NCBI GenBank assembly: GCA_021776235.1
Contig: JAJFGG010000086.1
Span: 20,668 to 84,667, forward strand
Direction of reading: 5' to 3'
Length of the DNA stretch: 64,000 bases
Source: Alphaproteobacteria bacterium
GTDB taxonomy: Bacteria; Pseudomonadota; Alphaproteobacteria; GCA-2731375
The position numbers and the translations under genes are program-made. Positions 1 through 8,676 of this stretch are shown piece after piece. The notes below the pieces were generated by a model that saw nothing but the letters and a program-made list of their open reading frames with translations, was not told the DNA's origin and did not search any database. Position 1 is the stretch's first letter. Each line of letters begins with the position of its first letter.

Positions 1-186
1 CGCGTGCTCCTGACCGGCCATGCTCAGGGTTGCGGGCACAGTTTTCAGGCGCGAAACGGCGACCACGCCGGGCACCTTCAACAGGGCCGGAATATGCTCC
101 TCGTCATAAACTTCGTTGAATAAATCTTCCTTGTCGGCATCGACATCCATGCTGACCATGAAGGCGTATTTCGCGTTGAAGGGCAT
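1..186 (-). CDS. EthD-like/DUF4286-like dimeric alpha-beta barrel protein (partial, runs off window start)
   Basis: Not in the ORF track. Manual translation from ATG at 186 gives MPFNAKYAFMVSMDVDADKEDLFNEVYDEEHIPALLKVPGV..., with the F-N-x-x-Y-x-x-x-H-I-P...VPG pattern. Strong RBS AGAGGAGG upstream. Confidence 0.65.
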   Translation of the reverse strand, partial: MPFNAKYAFMVSMDVDADKEDLFNEVYDEEHIPALLKVPGVVAVSRLKTVPATLSMAGQEHA

Positions 187-209
187 TTGTAACCTCCTCT
201 GTGAATGCT

Positions 210-1004
210 CTAGCGATCATACCTGATTTGATCGGCGGGGATATGGCGCCAGGTACTGTCTTGTGCCTGTTCCTCCAGATAGTGCGCGCCCATGGAGACC
301 GAGCGCGGGGTCAGCAGAAACAGCCGTGTGCTCTGCCAGGTAAAGCCCAGATCCAGGATCACCGCGGCACTGACGCCGTCCAGGTTCATGGGCACCGCCT
401 TGCCGCCCCGCTGGGCCGCCAGGGCGGCCTCGATTGCCAGGCCCAGGCGGCAGTAATTACCGTAGGTGCCTTCCGCCCGCGCCACCGACAGGACCCCCGG
501 CGCCCGTGGATCGGCGCCGTGCAGGGGAATACCATAACCCGGCACCCGCTGCCGCATGTGTTGGGCGTCCGCGACAATGCGGGCGGCCGTCGCTTCCAGA
601 GCGTCGTCGCCGATCTCTCCGTTATTCGGGTCATGCGGCGCCAGATGCTCGACCATTGTCTTGGCCAGCTGTTCGCCCAGGCCCCCCATGCGGTCGCCAA
701 AGGCCAATACGCCGCCGCCGACGGCAGCCTGGATTGATGTACCGTAAGAGGCGAAGCAACGGCTGATCATGGACGGCGGCGCGATGCCGTGTTCCATGGA
801 GGCCACCAATAGCGCATCCAGCACCCGCGCCTGGGCCGGGCTGGGCAGGTTGCCCTGCAACATCAGAAACATCATTTCGGCGAACGAAATCTTGCCGATC
901 AGCTGGCTCAAAGGCTGGCCACGAACCATGATCTCCTCTTCGTCTTCGGTGCTGATTACCTCTGAAATCGCGGTATTCCAGCTCGACATATCTTTGGTGG
1001 GCAA
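210..1004 (-). CDS. citrate synthase-fold / citryl-CoA lyase-like protein
   Basis: W-x-T-A-I-S...I-x-V-R-G N-terminus, EHG-x-x-PPS and MNLDG motifs. TTG start with AGGAGG RBS. Two catalytic His positions look substituted. Confidence 0.75.
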   Translation of the reverse strand: MPTKDMSSWNTAISEVISTEDEEEIMVRGQPLSQLIGKISFAEMMFLMLQGNLPSPAQARVLDALLVASMEHGIAPPSMISRCFASYGTSIQAAVGGGVLAFGDRMGGLGEQLAKTMVEHLAPHDPNNGEIGDDALEATAARIVADAQHMRQRVPGYGIPLHGADPRAPGVLSVARAEGTYGNYCRLGLAIEAALAAQRGGKAVPMNLDGVSAAVILDLGFTWQSTRLFLLTPRSVSMGAHYLEEQAQDSTWRHIPADQIRYDR

Positions 1005-1189
1005 CGGCTATCCTCCTGATCCGTTCGGTTCTTCCGACGGCCAAAGTGTCAGATTTCAATCGCGAAAGCCAATTTTCGCGCCGCGCTTCAGGGCTGCGAA
1101 CAAGGTTGAATTCGCCACGGCAATTTGGGAGCATATCATTCGCGATGCCGTTTCAACGGCGCGACCAGCATTTTGGAGGATAGACAACC

Positions 1190-2032
1190 GTGCAGACACT
1201 TAGCAAGGAACAGCGCCGCCGTTGGGAAATTGATGGTTACATCCATCTGGAAGGCGCGTTCGACGCGGACGAAGTCGCCTTTTACAGTGATGAGATTGAT
1301 AGATTGCGGGCCAAGCCTGGCTGGGAACCCACCAATCTGCCCCGCGGACATTACGGCTGGGTCGAGCACGCCAACATGGACCCGGAAAGCTTCATGGATC
1401 GGCGCGATCTTCTGTCCTACAACGATGCATTCATAGATCTGGTCGATCGGCCCGGCGTCTTCGACCTGATCGTCGATATCATGGGGCCGTATCTGTCATT
1501 CAGTATGTCCCAGGCCATCGTACGGGCCTCGACCCCGGAATTTCCCGGCTATACCCATACTGATGGTGGCGAGGGCCTGCGGCGCATCAGGGTAACCGAG
1601 AGCAGCCGGCCTTTGGCCATGAAGGCGTTTTATCTTTTGACCGACGTGACAGAAGCCAAATGCGGCAACTTCACCGTCTTTCCGGGCAGCCATCTGCGGC
1701 CGTTTCCGGAACTGGACGAGCCGATCCCCACGCCCGATATGCCGGGCGCGGTGCCGCTGATGGGCAAGGCAGGCGATTGTTTCCTGTTCTCGCACTCCCT
1801 ATGGCATGGCCCAAGTCAGAATCTGTCGGGACGGGCCCGAAAATCATTGCTCTATAATTACTGTCAGATGTTTGTCCGCCCCTATGATTATGCGGTTGCC
1901 TCGGAAGTTGCGGCGCGTTGCACGCCCAGACAACGGCGCCTGCTGGGGGACCTGGGCTATGAGTTCCGCCCCGGCTCCTATATCTATGTGCCCGACGATC
2001 AGGTCGAGGTGATCCTGCAGCAGTCCTCGTAA
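1190..2032 (+). CDS. phytanoyl-CoA dioxygenase (PhyH) family Fe(II)/2-oxoglutarate dioxygenase
   Basis: DGYI N-terminus, HTD metal motif, PGSH, distal LWHG His and following Arg. GGAGG RBS before GTG. Confidence 0.85.
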   Translation: MQTLSKEQRRRWEIDGYIHLEGAFDADEVAFYSDEIDRLRAKPGWEPTNLPRGHYGWVEHANMDPESFMDRRDLLSYNDAFIDLVDRPGVFDLIVDIMGPYLSFSMSQAIVRASTPEFPGYTHTDGGEGLRRIRVTESSRPLAMKAFYLLTDVTEAKCGNFTVFPGSHLRPFPELDEPIPTPDMPGAVPLMGKAGDCFLFSHSLWHGPSQNLSGRARKSLLYNYCQMFVRPYDYAVASEVAARCTPRQRRLLGDLGYEFRPGSYIYVPDDQVEVILQQSS

Positions 2033-2105
2033 GCTCGATTTTCAGCACCGTCGTTAAGCCCGGCGGACAATTGGCAGACGCCCGCAAGGCAAGGATACAC
2101 CCCTG

Positions 2106-2939
2106 ATGACCAGCAATTTTCCGGCCAAGATAGAAGCCCTGCAACGCGATGCCTTGCATATCCGGCGTAACGTGTGGCGGGCGCTGCATGCTGCCGGATC
2201 CGGGCATATGGGCGGTTCGTCATCGGCGGCGGATCTGCTGGCGGCTCTGTATTTTCACTATTTGCGGCAGCGGCCGGATGAACCCGAATGGCCGGGCCGC
2301 GACCGCTTTGTCCTCTCGAAGGGCCACGCCAACGCCGCCTTGGGCGCTGCCCTGGCCCGTGCCGGCTTCATCGATGACAGCGTATTGGACCAGTTTTATG
2401 CCTACCAGTCTTCCTTCGGCATGCACCCGGATATCAAGATGCCGGGCGTGGAAATGAGTACCGGCGGCCTGGGTCATGGGCTCTCTGTGGGCCTGGGCAT
2501 GGCCTTGGGCGCGCGCATGCAGAATATGGATTTTCGCACCTGCGTCATGCTGGGCGATGGGGAATTGCAGGAGGGCTCCAATTGGGAGGGAGCCATGGCG
2601 GCGGCGCATCTTGGTGTGTCCAACCTTACGGCGATCCTGGATTACAACAAGGTCCAGCAAAGCGGCCATGTCGGCGAAATGCTGGACCTGGAACCCATGG
2701 CCGATAAATGGACCGCCTTCGGCTGGGCGGTGCGGGAAATAGACGGCCATGACATGGAAGCAATCGTCGAGGCCTTGGATGCGCTGCCCCTGGCCCCAGA
2801 CAAACCGTCACTGATCATTGCCCATACGGTCAAGGGCAAGGGCGTCAGCTTTGCCGAGGATACCTATCTTTGGCACAACAACCTGGTCACGGACGAAGTC
2901 TATGGCCGGGCCCTGGAAGAGTTGGGAGAAGCGGAATGA
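2106..2939 (+). CDS. transketolase N-terminal (TPP-binding) subunit
   Basis: SGHxGGS, RDRFVLSKGH, STGGLGHG, GDGE...N TPP motif, TVKGKG. Confidence 0.9.
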   Translation: MTSNFPAKIEALQRDALHIRRNVWRALHAAGSGHMGGSSSAADLLAALYFHYLRQRPDEPEWPGRDRFVLSKGHANAALGAALARAGFIDDSVLDQFYAYQSSFGMHPDIKMPGVEMSTGGLGHGLSVGLGMALGARMQNMDFRTCVMLGDGELQEGSNWEGAMAAAHLGVSNLTAILDYNKVQQSGHVGEMLDLEPMADKWTAFGWAVREIDGHDMEAIVEALDALPLAPDKPSLIIAHTVKGKGVSFAEDTYLWHNNLVTDEVYGRALEELGEAE

Positions 2940-3916
2940 ACGATGCCCAGCGTCCTGGCCTTGAGCGCCCCGAATGGGAACGCCTGGCCGAAAATCAGTC
3001 ACGTCTGGCGTTTGGCCTGGCGGTGGGCGAACTGGCCCGCCGGGACAGCCAGGTGGTGGCGATCTCCGCTGACACGATTGACCTGTTCGGCCTGCGCGGA
3101 TTTCTCGAAAGCAATCCCGACCGCTTGATCGAAGCCGGCATCGCCGAGCAGAACGCCATGGGCATCGCCTCCGGCCTGGCCACCACCGGCATGCGGCCAA
3201 TCCTATGCGGCTATGCGCCTTTCATTACAGCGCGCTCTTTGGAGCAATTGCGCAACGATGTGGCGTATGCCCATCAGCGGGTCGTCATTGGTGCTGCCTG
3301 CGGCGGTATCGTCCTGGCCATGGCCGGGGGCACCCATCATGCGGTGGAAGACCTCGCCATCATGCGAAACATGCCCAATATGACCGTGATCGTGCCGGCG
3401 GACGCCCGGCAGACCTGGCATGCGGCCTTGCAGACGGAGCAATTGGACGGCCCCAGCTATATCCGTCTTGGCGGCAAGTTCGAGGAACCGCCCGTAACGG
3501 ACATCGCCGCTGATTTCCGCATTGGCCAGGCTGATCTGTTGCGCCCCGGCGGCGACGTAACGGTGATCGCCTGCGGTTGCCTGGTCGCGCCGGCTATTGC
3601 CGCCGCCGATGCCCTGGCCAGTTCGGGTATCGCCGTCCGGGTTCTGAACATGCACACCATCAAGCCCTTGGATCGGGAAGCAGTGTTGGCGGCAGCGGCG
3701 GAAACCGGTGCCATCGTGACGGCGGAGGAACACCGTATCACCGGCGGTCTCGGCGGCGCTGTGGCCGAGCTGCTGGCCCGGGAACAGCCCACACGCATGC
3801 GCATGATCGGCCTGCCCGACGAATTCGCCATTGTCGGCCCCACGGCCAAGGTCCGGGAACATTATGGCCTGGACCAACAGGCCATAATGGACGCCTGCCG
3901 CGACCTCCTGGCGTGA
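2936..3916 (+). CDS. transketolase C-terminal (pyrimidine-binding) subunit
   Basis: GIAEQN, GGTHHAVED, TIKPLD, EEHxxxGGLG motifs. The ATG at 2936 overlaps the upstream stop (ATGA). Confidence 0.9.
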   Translation: MNDAQRPGLERPEWERLAENQSRLAFGLAVGELARRDSQVVAISADTIDLFGLRGFLESNPDRLIEAGIAEQNAMGIASGLATTGMRPILCGYAPFITARSLEQLRNDVAYAHQRVVIGAACGGIVLAMAGGTHHAVEDLAIMRNMPNMTVIVPADARQTWHAALQTEQLDGPSYIRLGGKFEEPPVTDIAADFRIGQADLLRPGGDVTVIACGCLVAPAIAAADALASSGIAVRVLNMHTIKPLDREAVLAAAAETGAIVTAEEHRITGGLGGAVAELLAREQPTRMRMIGLPDEFAIVGPTAKVREHYGLDQQAIMDACRDLLA

Positions 3917-3945
3917 CGGCAAAGCCAATCCAGAGGCCGCCTGCC

Positions 3946-4845
3946 ATGAAAATCGGATTATTCGGTGTCAACATGGGGCAGGAGGACGCCCCTGCTTCGC
4001 TGCTGCCCCTGGTGGCGAAGGTGGAGAAACTGGGTTTTGAATCCGTTTGGACCGGGGAGCATGTGATGATCCCCCTGGAATATGGCTCCCGCTATCCGTT
4101 CAACAGTTCCGGTAAGGTCAGCATTCCGCCGGAAGGGCATTTCAGCGATCCCCTGGTCACACTGTCCTTCATCGCGGCCCATACGACCAGGCTACGCCTG
4201 GGCACGGGCATCAATCTGCTGCCGCAAAGCAATCCCCTGTTACTGGCGAAACAGGTGGCCAGCCTGGATTTTCTCTCGGGCGGGCGTTTGCTGTTGGGCC
4301 TGGGTGTCGGCTGGCTGGCGGAGGAATTTCAGGCCATGGGCGTGCCCTTCGCAGGCCGGGGCAAACGCTTTGACGATTATCTGACGGCCATGAAAAAGGT
4401 CTGGTCCGGCGAGGTGGTCGACCACAACAGCGAATTTCTGCAATGGCAGGGCTTCAAGAGCTACCCTCTGCCCAGTCAAAAACCCCATCCGCCCATTATT
4501 ATCGGCGGCCATAGCCGGGCGGCATTGCAACGTACGGCGGTCATGGGCGACGGCTGGTTCGCCTTTGCCAAAGACGCCGGCGAACTGGCGCAAATGTTGG
4601 TGCAATTACGAGGGGCGGCCGAGGTCGCCGGGCGCGACCCCGCCAGTATCGAGATCACCACCCTGTGGCGGCAATTCAGCGATGGCATGGCGGGCCTGGA
4701 AGCCTATCGCGAGCTGGGCGTTGCCCGCCTGTTGGTCCCCCTGGGCCTTCTCGCCCGAGGCAACCTGGAGGAAAATCTCGCCAGATTGCACGAGGAGATT
4801 CTGTCGAAACTGTCCCCATCCCCCGCGGCGGACGCGGTCCGTTAG
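3946..4845 (+). CDS. LLM-class (luciferase-like), probable F420-dependent oxidoreductase
   Basis: GFESVWTGEHV, DPLVTL, LAKQVASLDFLSGGR, GVGWLAEEF, PxQKPHPPIIIGG, GDGW. True start most likely ATG 3946 (MKIGLF). Confidence 0.85.
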   Translation: MKIGLFGVNMGQEDAPASLLPLVAKVEKLGFESVWTGEHVMIPLEYGSRYPFNSSGKVSIPPEGHFSDPLVTLSFIAAHTTRLRLGTGINLLPQSNPLLLAKQVASLDFLSGGRLLLGLGVGWLAEEFQAMGVPFAGRGKRFDDYLTAMKKVWSGEVVDHNSEFLQWQGFKSYPLPSQKPHPPIIIGGHSRAALQRTAVMGDGWFAFAKDAGELAQMLVQLRGAAEVAGRDPASIEITTLWRQFSDGMAGLEAYRELGVARLLVPLGLLARGNLEENLARLHEEILSKLSPSPAADAVR

Positions 4846-4855
4846 GAACAGGAAC

Positions 4856-5120
4856 CTAGAGCATTTCCGGGCTATTGTGGGTCATTTGACCGTCCACCAA
4901 GGCCCCGTGGGTAGGCGCGGTTTGCAGGTCGATGTGGGACATCATCCAAAAACCGTTACGCCGCCAGGGGGCCTTGGTGGACGGCCTTTGGTGGCGACCC
5001 TAAGCCATTCGGATGCGTTGCGTCGCTTGCCCGATGTACCACATCGTGCTACGCGTCGCGCCTACCCGAATGGCTTATGGACGCCATCAAATGACCTACA
5101 ATAGCCCGGAAGTGCTCTAG
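4856..5120. mobile_element. 265-bp MITE-like palindromic intergenic element with 34-bp terminal inverted repeats
   Basis: Left end CTAGAGCATTTCCGGGCTATTGTGGGTCATTTGA (4856-4889) and right end TCAAATGACCTACAATAGCCCGGAAGTGCTCTAG (5087-5120) are 32/34 complementary. Several internal inverted repeats; no transposase. Confidence 0.75.
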
Positions 5121-5124
5121 CCCT

Positions 5125-5580
5125 ATGGCGCTCTCGCATCTCGAACATTTTCTGATCATCGCCGATGATATGGAGGCGACCACGGCATGGTATGTCGACG
5201 TGCTTGGCTTTTCTGTTGGCGACAGCCCCGATTTCGGGACGCCGGTCAGCTGGCTCTATCTTGGTGCAGGCGACGTCATTCATATCGCCCAGGCGCCGGA
5301 CGGCGGTAAGGAAGGGGCGGTTCCGGGCAGCCGTGAAGATATTGCCCACGGCGGCCGGCCAATCCATCACATCGCCTTCCGCGCCAACGGCCTCACCGCG
5401 ACTGTGGCGCACCTAAGGTCCCTGCAGGTCGAGTTCATCGAGCAACAGGCCGGCGGCCAGAATCTCTATCAGATCTTTATGCAGGATCCCAACGGCATCA
5501 CGATTGAGCTCAACTTCCCGGCCGAAGAAGCCGTGGGCCTGGCGGCACCCAAGCTGGCGCTGAGTCTCGGCGACGGCTAG
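5125..5580 (+). CDS. VOC family (glyoxalase/bleomycin resistance) protein
   Basis: LEHF...WYxDVLG, IHHIAF and DPNGITIEL metal-ligand motifs. Confidence 0.85.
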   Translation: MALSHLEHFLIIADDMEATTAWYVDVLGFSVGDSPDFGTPVSWLYLGAGDVIHIAQAPDGGKEGAVPGSREDIAHGGRPIHHIAFRANGLTATVAHLRSLQVEFIEQQAGGQNLYQIFMQDPNGITIELNFPAEEAVGLAAPKLALSLGDG

Positions 5581-5644
5581 GTATGCAAGGTGCATCCGGG
5601 ATCCGGTAAACTGCGGTTAATCATAAGTGATAAGGAGACGCAAC

Positions 5645-6034
5645 ATGCCGGACCTGGATCAAGACAAGGCCGACCGTCTTGCCGCCTTCAGCAAGGTCTT
5701 CAACAGCAATGATGTTGCGGCAACAGCGAAGCTCGTGACCGACGACTTCGTCTGGCTGTTCTACGAAGGCCCCAACAGCCCGGACGCCCGGATTCTAAAG
5801 GGCCCGGCGGCGGCCTGTGCCGCCGTGGTCGAACGTTCAGGCCAGCTGAAAGGGCCGATCCGCTTCATCGAATCGGCTCAATATCAGTGCGGCGACAGGA
5901 TCTTCACCACTTATCGGGCCCAGGGTGAGTTTCATGCCACCGGCCCGTTCGACGTGCGCGCCGTGGATATCTACACCTTCCGGGGCGACAAGCTGGCTTC
6001 GAAAGACACCTACTGGAAGAAGATCACCAATTGA
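5645..6034 (+). CDS. NTF2-like/SnoaL-like domain protein
   Basis: FN-x-x-D...TDDFVW and VDIYTFRGDKLASKDTYWK C-terminus. AAGGAG RBS before ATG 5645. Confidence 0.75.
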   Translation: MPDLDQDKADRLAAFSKVFNSNDVAATAKLVTDDFVWLFYEGPNSPDARILKGPAAACAAVVERSGQLKGPIRFIESAQYQCGDRIFTTYRAQGEFHATGPFDVRAVDIYTFRGDKLASKDTYWKKITN

Positions 6035-6108
6035 GCCACCATGAGAGCAGGCGCCCGCGGCGGTCCCAGGCGCTTGCCTTGGCAAGGCACCGCCGATAGC
6101 GTGCCAGC

Positions 6109-6870
6109 ATGTTTGATACTTTCACGGTTTTCGCGATTTTCGGGACCTTTCTGATTGCCGGCACTGTCAAGGGCGTTATTGGCCTTGGCCTTCCTACGGT
6201 CAGCCTGGCGCTTTTGACTGTGGCGCTCGATTTGACCAGCGCCATGGCCCTGTTGCTGGTGCCGTCGTTCATCACAAACCTCTGGCAGGCTCTGGCCGGC
6301 GGCCAGGGGAAAGCCATTTTGCGCCGCATCTGGCCATTTCTTTTGATGGCGACGGCCACGGTCTGGCTGGGCGCGGCGGCGCTGACACGGATTGATCTTG
6401 CCTGGCTCTCGGGGCTCCTTGGTATGCTACTGGTTTCTTACGCGACGGTCAGCCTGGCTGGCCTGCGGTTTACTGTCAACGCGGGCCGGGAAACATGGAT
6501 CGGTTTATTGGTTGGCGGCGCCAATGGCGTGCTGACGGGTATGACGGGATCGTTCGTGGTGCCGGGGGTCTTGTTCCTGCAGGCGATTGGACTGGCGCGC
6601 GACCAATTGATTCAGGCGATGGGTATGTTGTTTACCGCATCAACCTTGGCCCTTGCTGCGGCCTTGCAGGGCAGCAATCTTCTGACCCTTGAACTTGGAA
6701 AAATGTCAGCCGCGGCGTTGCTGCCCGCCTTGATCGGCATGGTGATTGGGCAGCGCATCCGGCAAAAACTGTCCGAGCAATTATTCCGGCGGGTGTTCTT
6801 TATCGCTCTACTTATGCTGGGCGCTTATATCGTCGCCAGCGCCTTCCAATCCATCACATACTGGGACTAA
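6109..6870 (+). CDS. sulfite exporter TauE/SafE (TSUP) family membrane protein
   Basis: AGxVKGxxGxGLP N-terminal motif, about 8 hydrophobic segments, GxxIRxxxSxxxFRR C-terminus. Confidence 0.85.
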   Translation: MFDTFTVFAIFGTFLIAGTVKGVIGLGLPTVSLALLTVALDLTSAMALLLVPSFITNLWQALAGGQGKAILRRIWPFLLMATATVWLGAAALTRIDLAWLSGLLGMLLVSYATVSLAGLRFTVNAGRETWIGLLVGGANGVLTGMTGSFVVPGVLFLQAIGLARDQLIQAMGMLFTASTLALAAALQGSNLLTLELGKMSAAALLPALIGMVIGQRIRQKLSEQLFRRVFFIALLMLGAYIVASAFQSITYWD

Positions 6871-6874
6871 ACAT

Positions 6875-8569
6875 CTAGGCGGTTTTCACTTCGGCCAGGT
6901 TCAGTTCTTCGATCATCATTTCCCGCATGACGAATTTTTGCACCTTGCCGGTCACGGTCATGGGGAATTCGTCGACGAACTTGATATAGCGCGGCACCTT
7001 GTAGTGGGCGATCTGGCCGCGGCAGAAGTCCCGGATCTCTTCCTCTTCCGCCGTTTCCCCTTCGCGCAGAACGATCCAGGCGCACAGTTCCTCGCCGAAT
7101 TTCAGATCGGGTATGCCCACCACCTGCACGTCCTGGATCTTGTCGTGGCGGTACAGGTATTCCTCGATCTCGCGGGGATAGACGTTTTCGCCGCCCCGGA
7201 TCACCATGTCCTTGATCCGCCCGACCACATTGCCATAGCCGTACTCGTCCATGGTGCCCAGATCGCCGGTATGCATCCAGCCGGCGGCATCGATGGCCTC
7301 GGCCGTGCGCTCCGCATCGTCCCAATAACCCAGCATGACATTATAGCCCCGGGTCAGGATCTCGCCGGTCTCGCCCGGTGGTACGATACGACCGTCGGCA
7401 TCGATGATTTTGGACTCCACGTGGGGCAGGGACCGCCCCACCGTGCCAACCTTGCGTTCCATGGCATCGTCCACCGCCGTCTGGAAGCTGACCGGCGAAG
7501 TTTCCGTCATGCCATAGGCGATGGTGACCTCGGTCATGTTCATCTTCTCGACCACCTGCTTCATCACTTCGATGGGACAGGGAGAGCCGGCCATGATGCC
7601 CGTACGCAGAGTGGAAAGATCGAAGCTGTCGAAATCGGCGTGATCCAGGGCCGCAATGAACATGGTCGGCACGCCATAGAGCGCCGTGCAGCCTTCGTCC
7701 TGGACGGCCTGCAGGACTTCCGTCGGATCGAAGCCTTCGCCGGGATAGATCATCGCGGCGCCGTGGGTCAGACAAGCCAGGTTGCCCATGACCATGCCAA
7801 AGCAATGATACAAGGGCACGGGAATGCACAGGCGGTCGGCCTCGGTCATTTTGATCGCCTCGCCGACGAAATAACCGTTGTTGAGGATATTGTGGTGGGT
7901 CAGGGTCGCACCCTTGGGAAAGCCGGTGGTGCCCGAAGTGAATTGAACGTTGATGGCGTCGTCGAACTGAAGCTCACCGGCCAGGGCGCTCAGTTGCTGC
8001 CGCTGGCTGTCCCCGCCCAGCGTGGCAATGGCATCGAAATTGTACATCCCCGCCGTGGCCTCGGCGCCCATGCGAATGACAATGCGAAGATGCGGCAGTT
8101 TTTCCGCCTGCAATGCGCCAGGCTCGGCGCTGTCGATCTCCGGCGCCAGTTTGCGGACCATGCCGATGTAGTCGGAGGTCTTGAAGCTGGGCGAGATGAT
8201 CAACGCCTTGCACTGCACCTTGTTCAGGGCGTATTCCAACTCCGCCAGGCGATAGGCGGGGTTGATGTTGACCAGGATCAGGCCGGCCTTGGCGGTAGCG
8301 AACTGGCTGACGGCCCATTCGGCGTTGTTCTGGGACCAGATTCCAATGCGTTCGCCGGGCGCCAGGCCCAAGGCCAGCAGTCCGGCCGCAAAATCATCCA
8401 CCGCCTCCTTCAACTGGGCGTAGGTCCAGCGCAGATTTTGGTGACGCACGATCAGGGCGTCTCTCTCGCCCCAGCGTCCAACGGCGGCATCGAAATAGGC
8501 ACCGATGGTCTCGCCAATCAACGGTACTGCACTGGCCCCATGATTATAGCTTTGCGTCAGCTTTCGCAT
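6875..8569 (-). CDS. AMP-binding acyl-CoA synthetase (ACSF2/YngI-like)
   Basis: [55 protein letters not shown]. Confidence 0.9.
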   Translation of the reverse strand: MRKLTQSYNHGASAVPLIGETIGAYFDAAVGRWGERDALIVRHQNLRWTYAQLKEAVDDFAAGLLALGLAPGERIGIWSQNNAEWAVSQFATAKAGLILVNINPAYRLAELEYALNKVQCKALIISPSFKTSDYIGMVRKLAPEIDSAEPGALQAEKLPHLRIVIRMGAEATAGMYNFDAIATLGGDSQRQQLSALAGELQFDDAINVQFTSGTTGFPKGATLTHHNILNNGYFVGEAIKMTEADRLCIPVPLYHCFGMVMGNLACLTHGAAMIYPGEGFDPTEVLQAVQDEGCTALYGVPTMFIAALDHADFDSFDLSTLRTGIMAGSPCPIEVMKQVVEKMNMTEVTIAYGMTETSPVSFQTAVDDAMERKVGTVGRSLPHVESKIIDADGRIVPPGETGEILTRGYNVMLGYWDDAERTAEAIDAAGWMHTGDLGTMDEYGYGNVVGRIKDMVIRGGENVYPREIEEYLYRHDKIQDVQVVGIPDLKFGEELCAWIVLREGETAEEEEIRDFCRGQIAHYKVPRYIKFVDEFPMTVTGKVQKFVMREMMIEELNLAEVKTA

Positions 8570-8631
8570 CGATGCCTCCCGAGATATGTCGTAACGGTTC
8601 AGACCGGCGACTTTGGCATGTCGTCCCCGAC

Positions 8632-8676
8632 TTGTCAGCTTACCGTTTGTCAGCCTAGCGTTTGTCAGCCCGCCGC
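8632..8676. repeat. three imperfect 15-bp tandem direct repeats (core TTGTCAGC) spanning the htpG stop
   Basis: TTGTCAGCTTACCGT / TTGTCAGCCTAGCGT / TTGTCAGCCCGCCGC at 8632, 8647 and 8662. Confidence 0.7.

Noticed and set aside
3577-3945. 123-aa N-terminal extension of the LLM ORF
   Set aside because: Overlaps the transketolase gene in another frame and is Arg/Gly-rich noise. The family N-terminus begins at ATG 3946.
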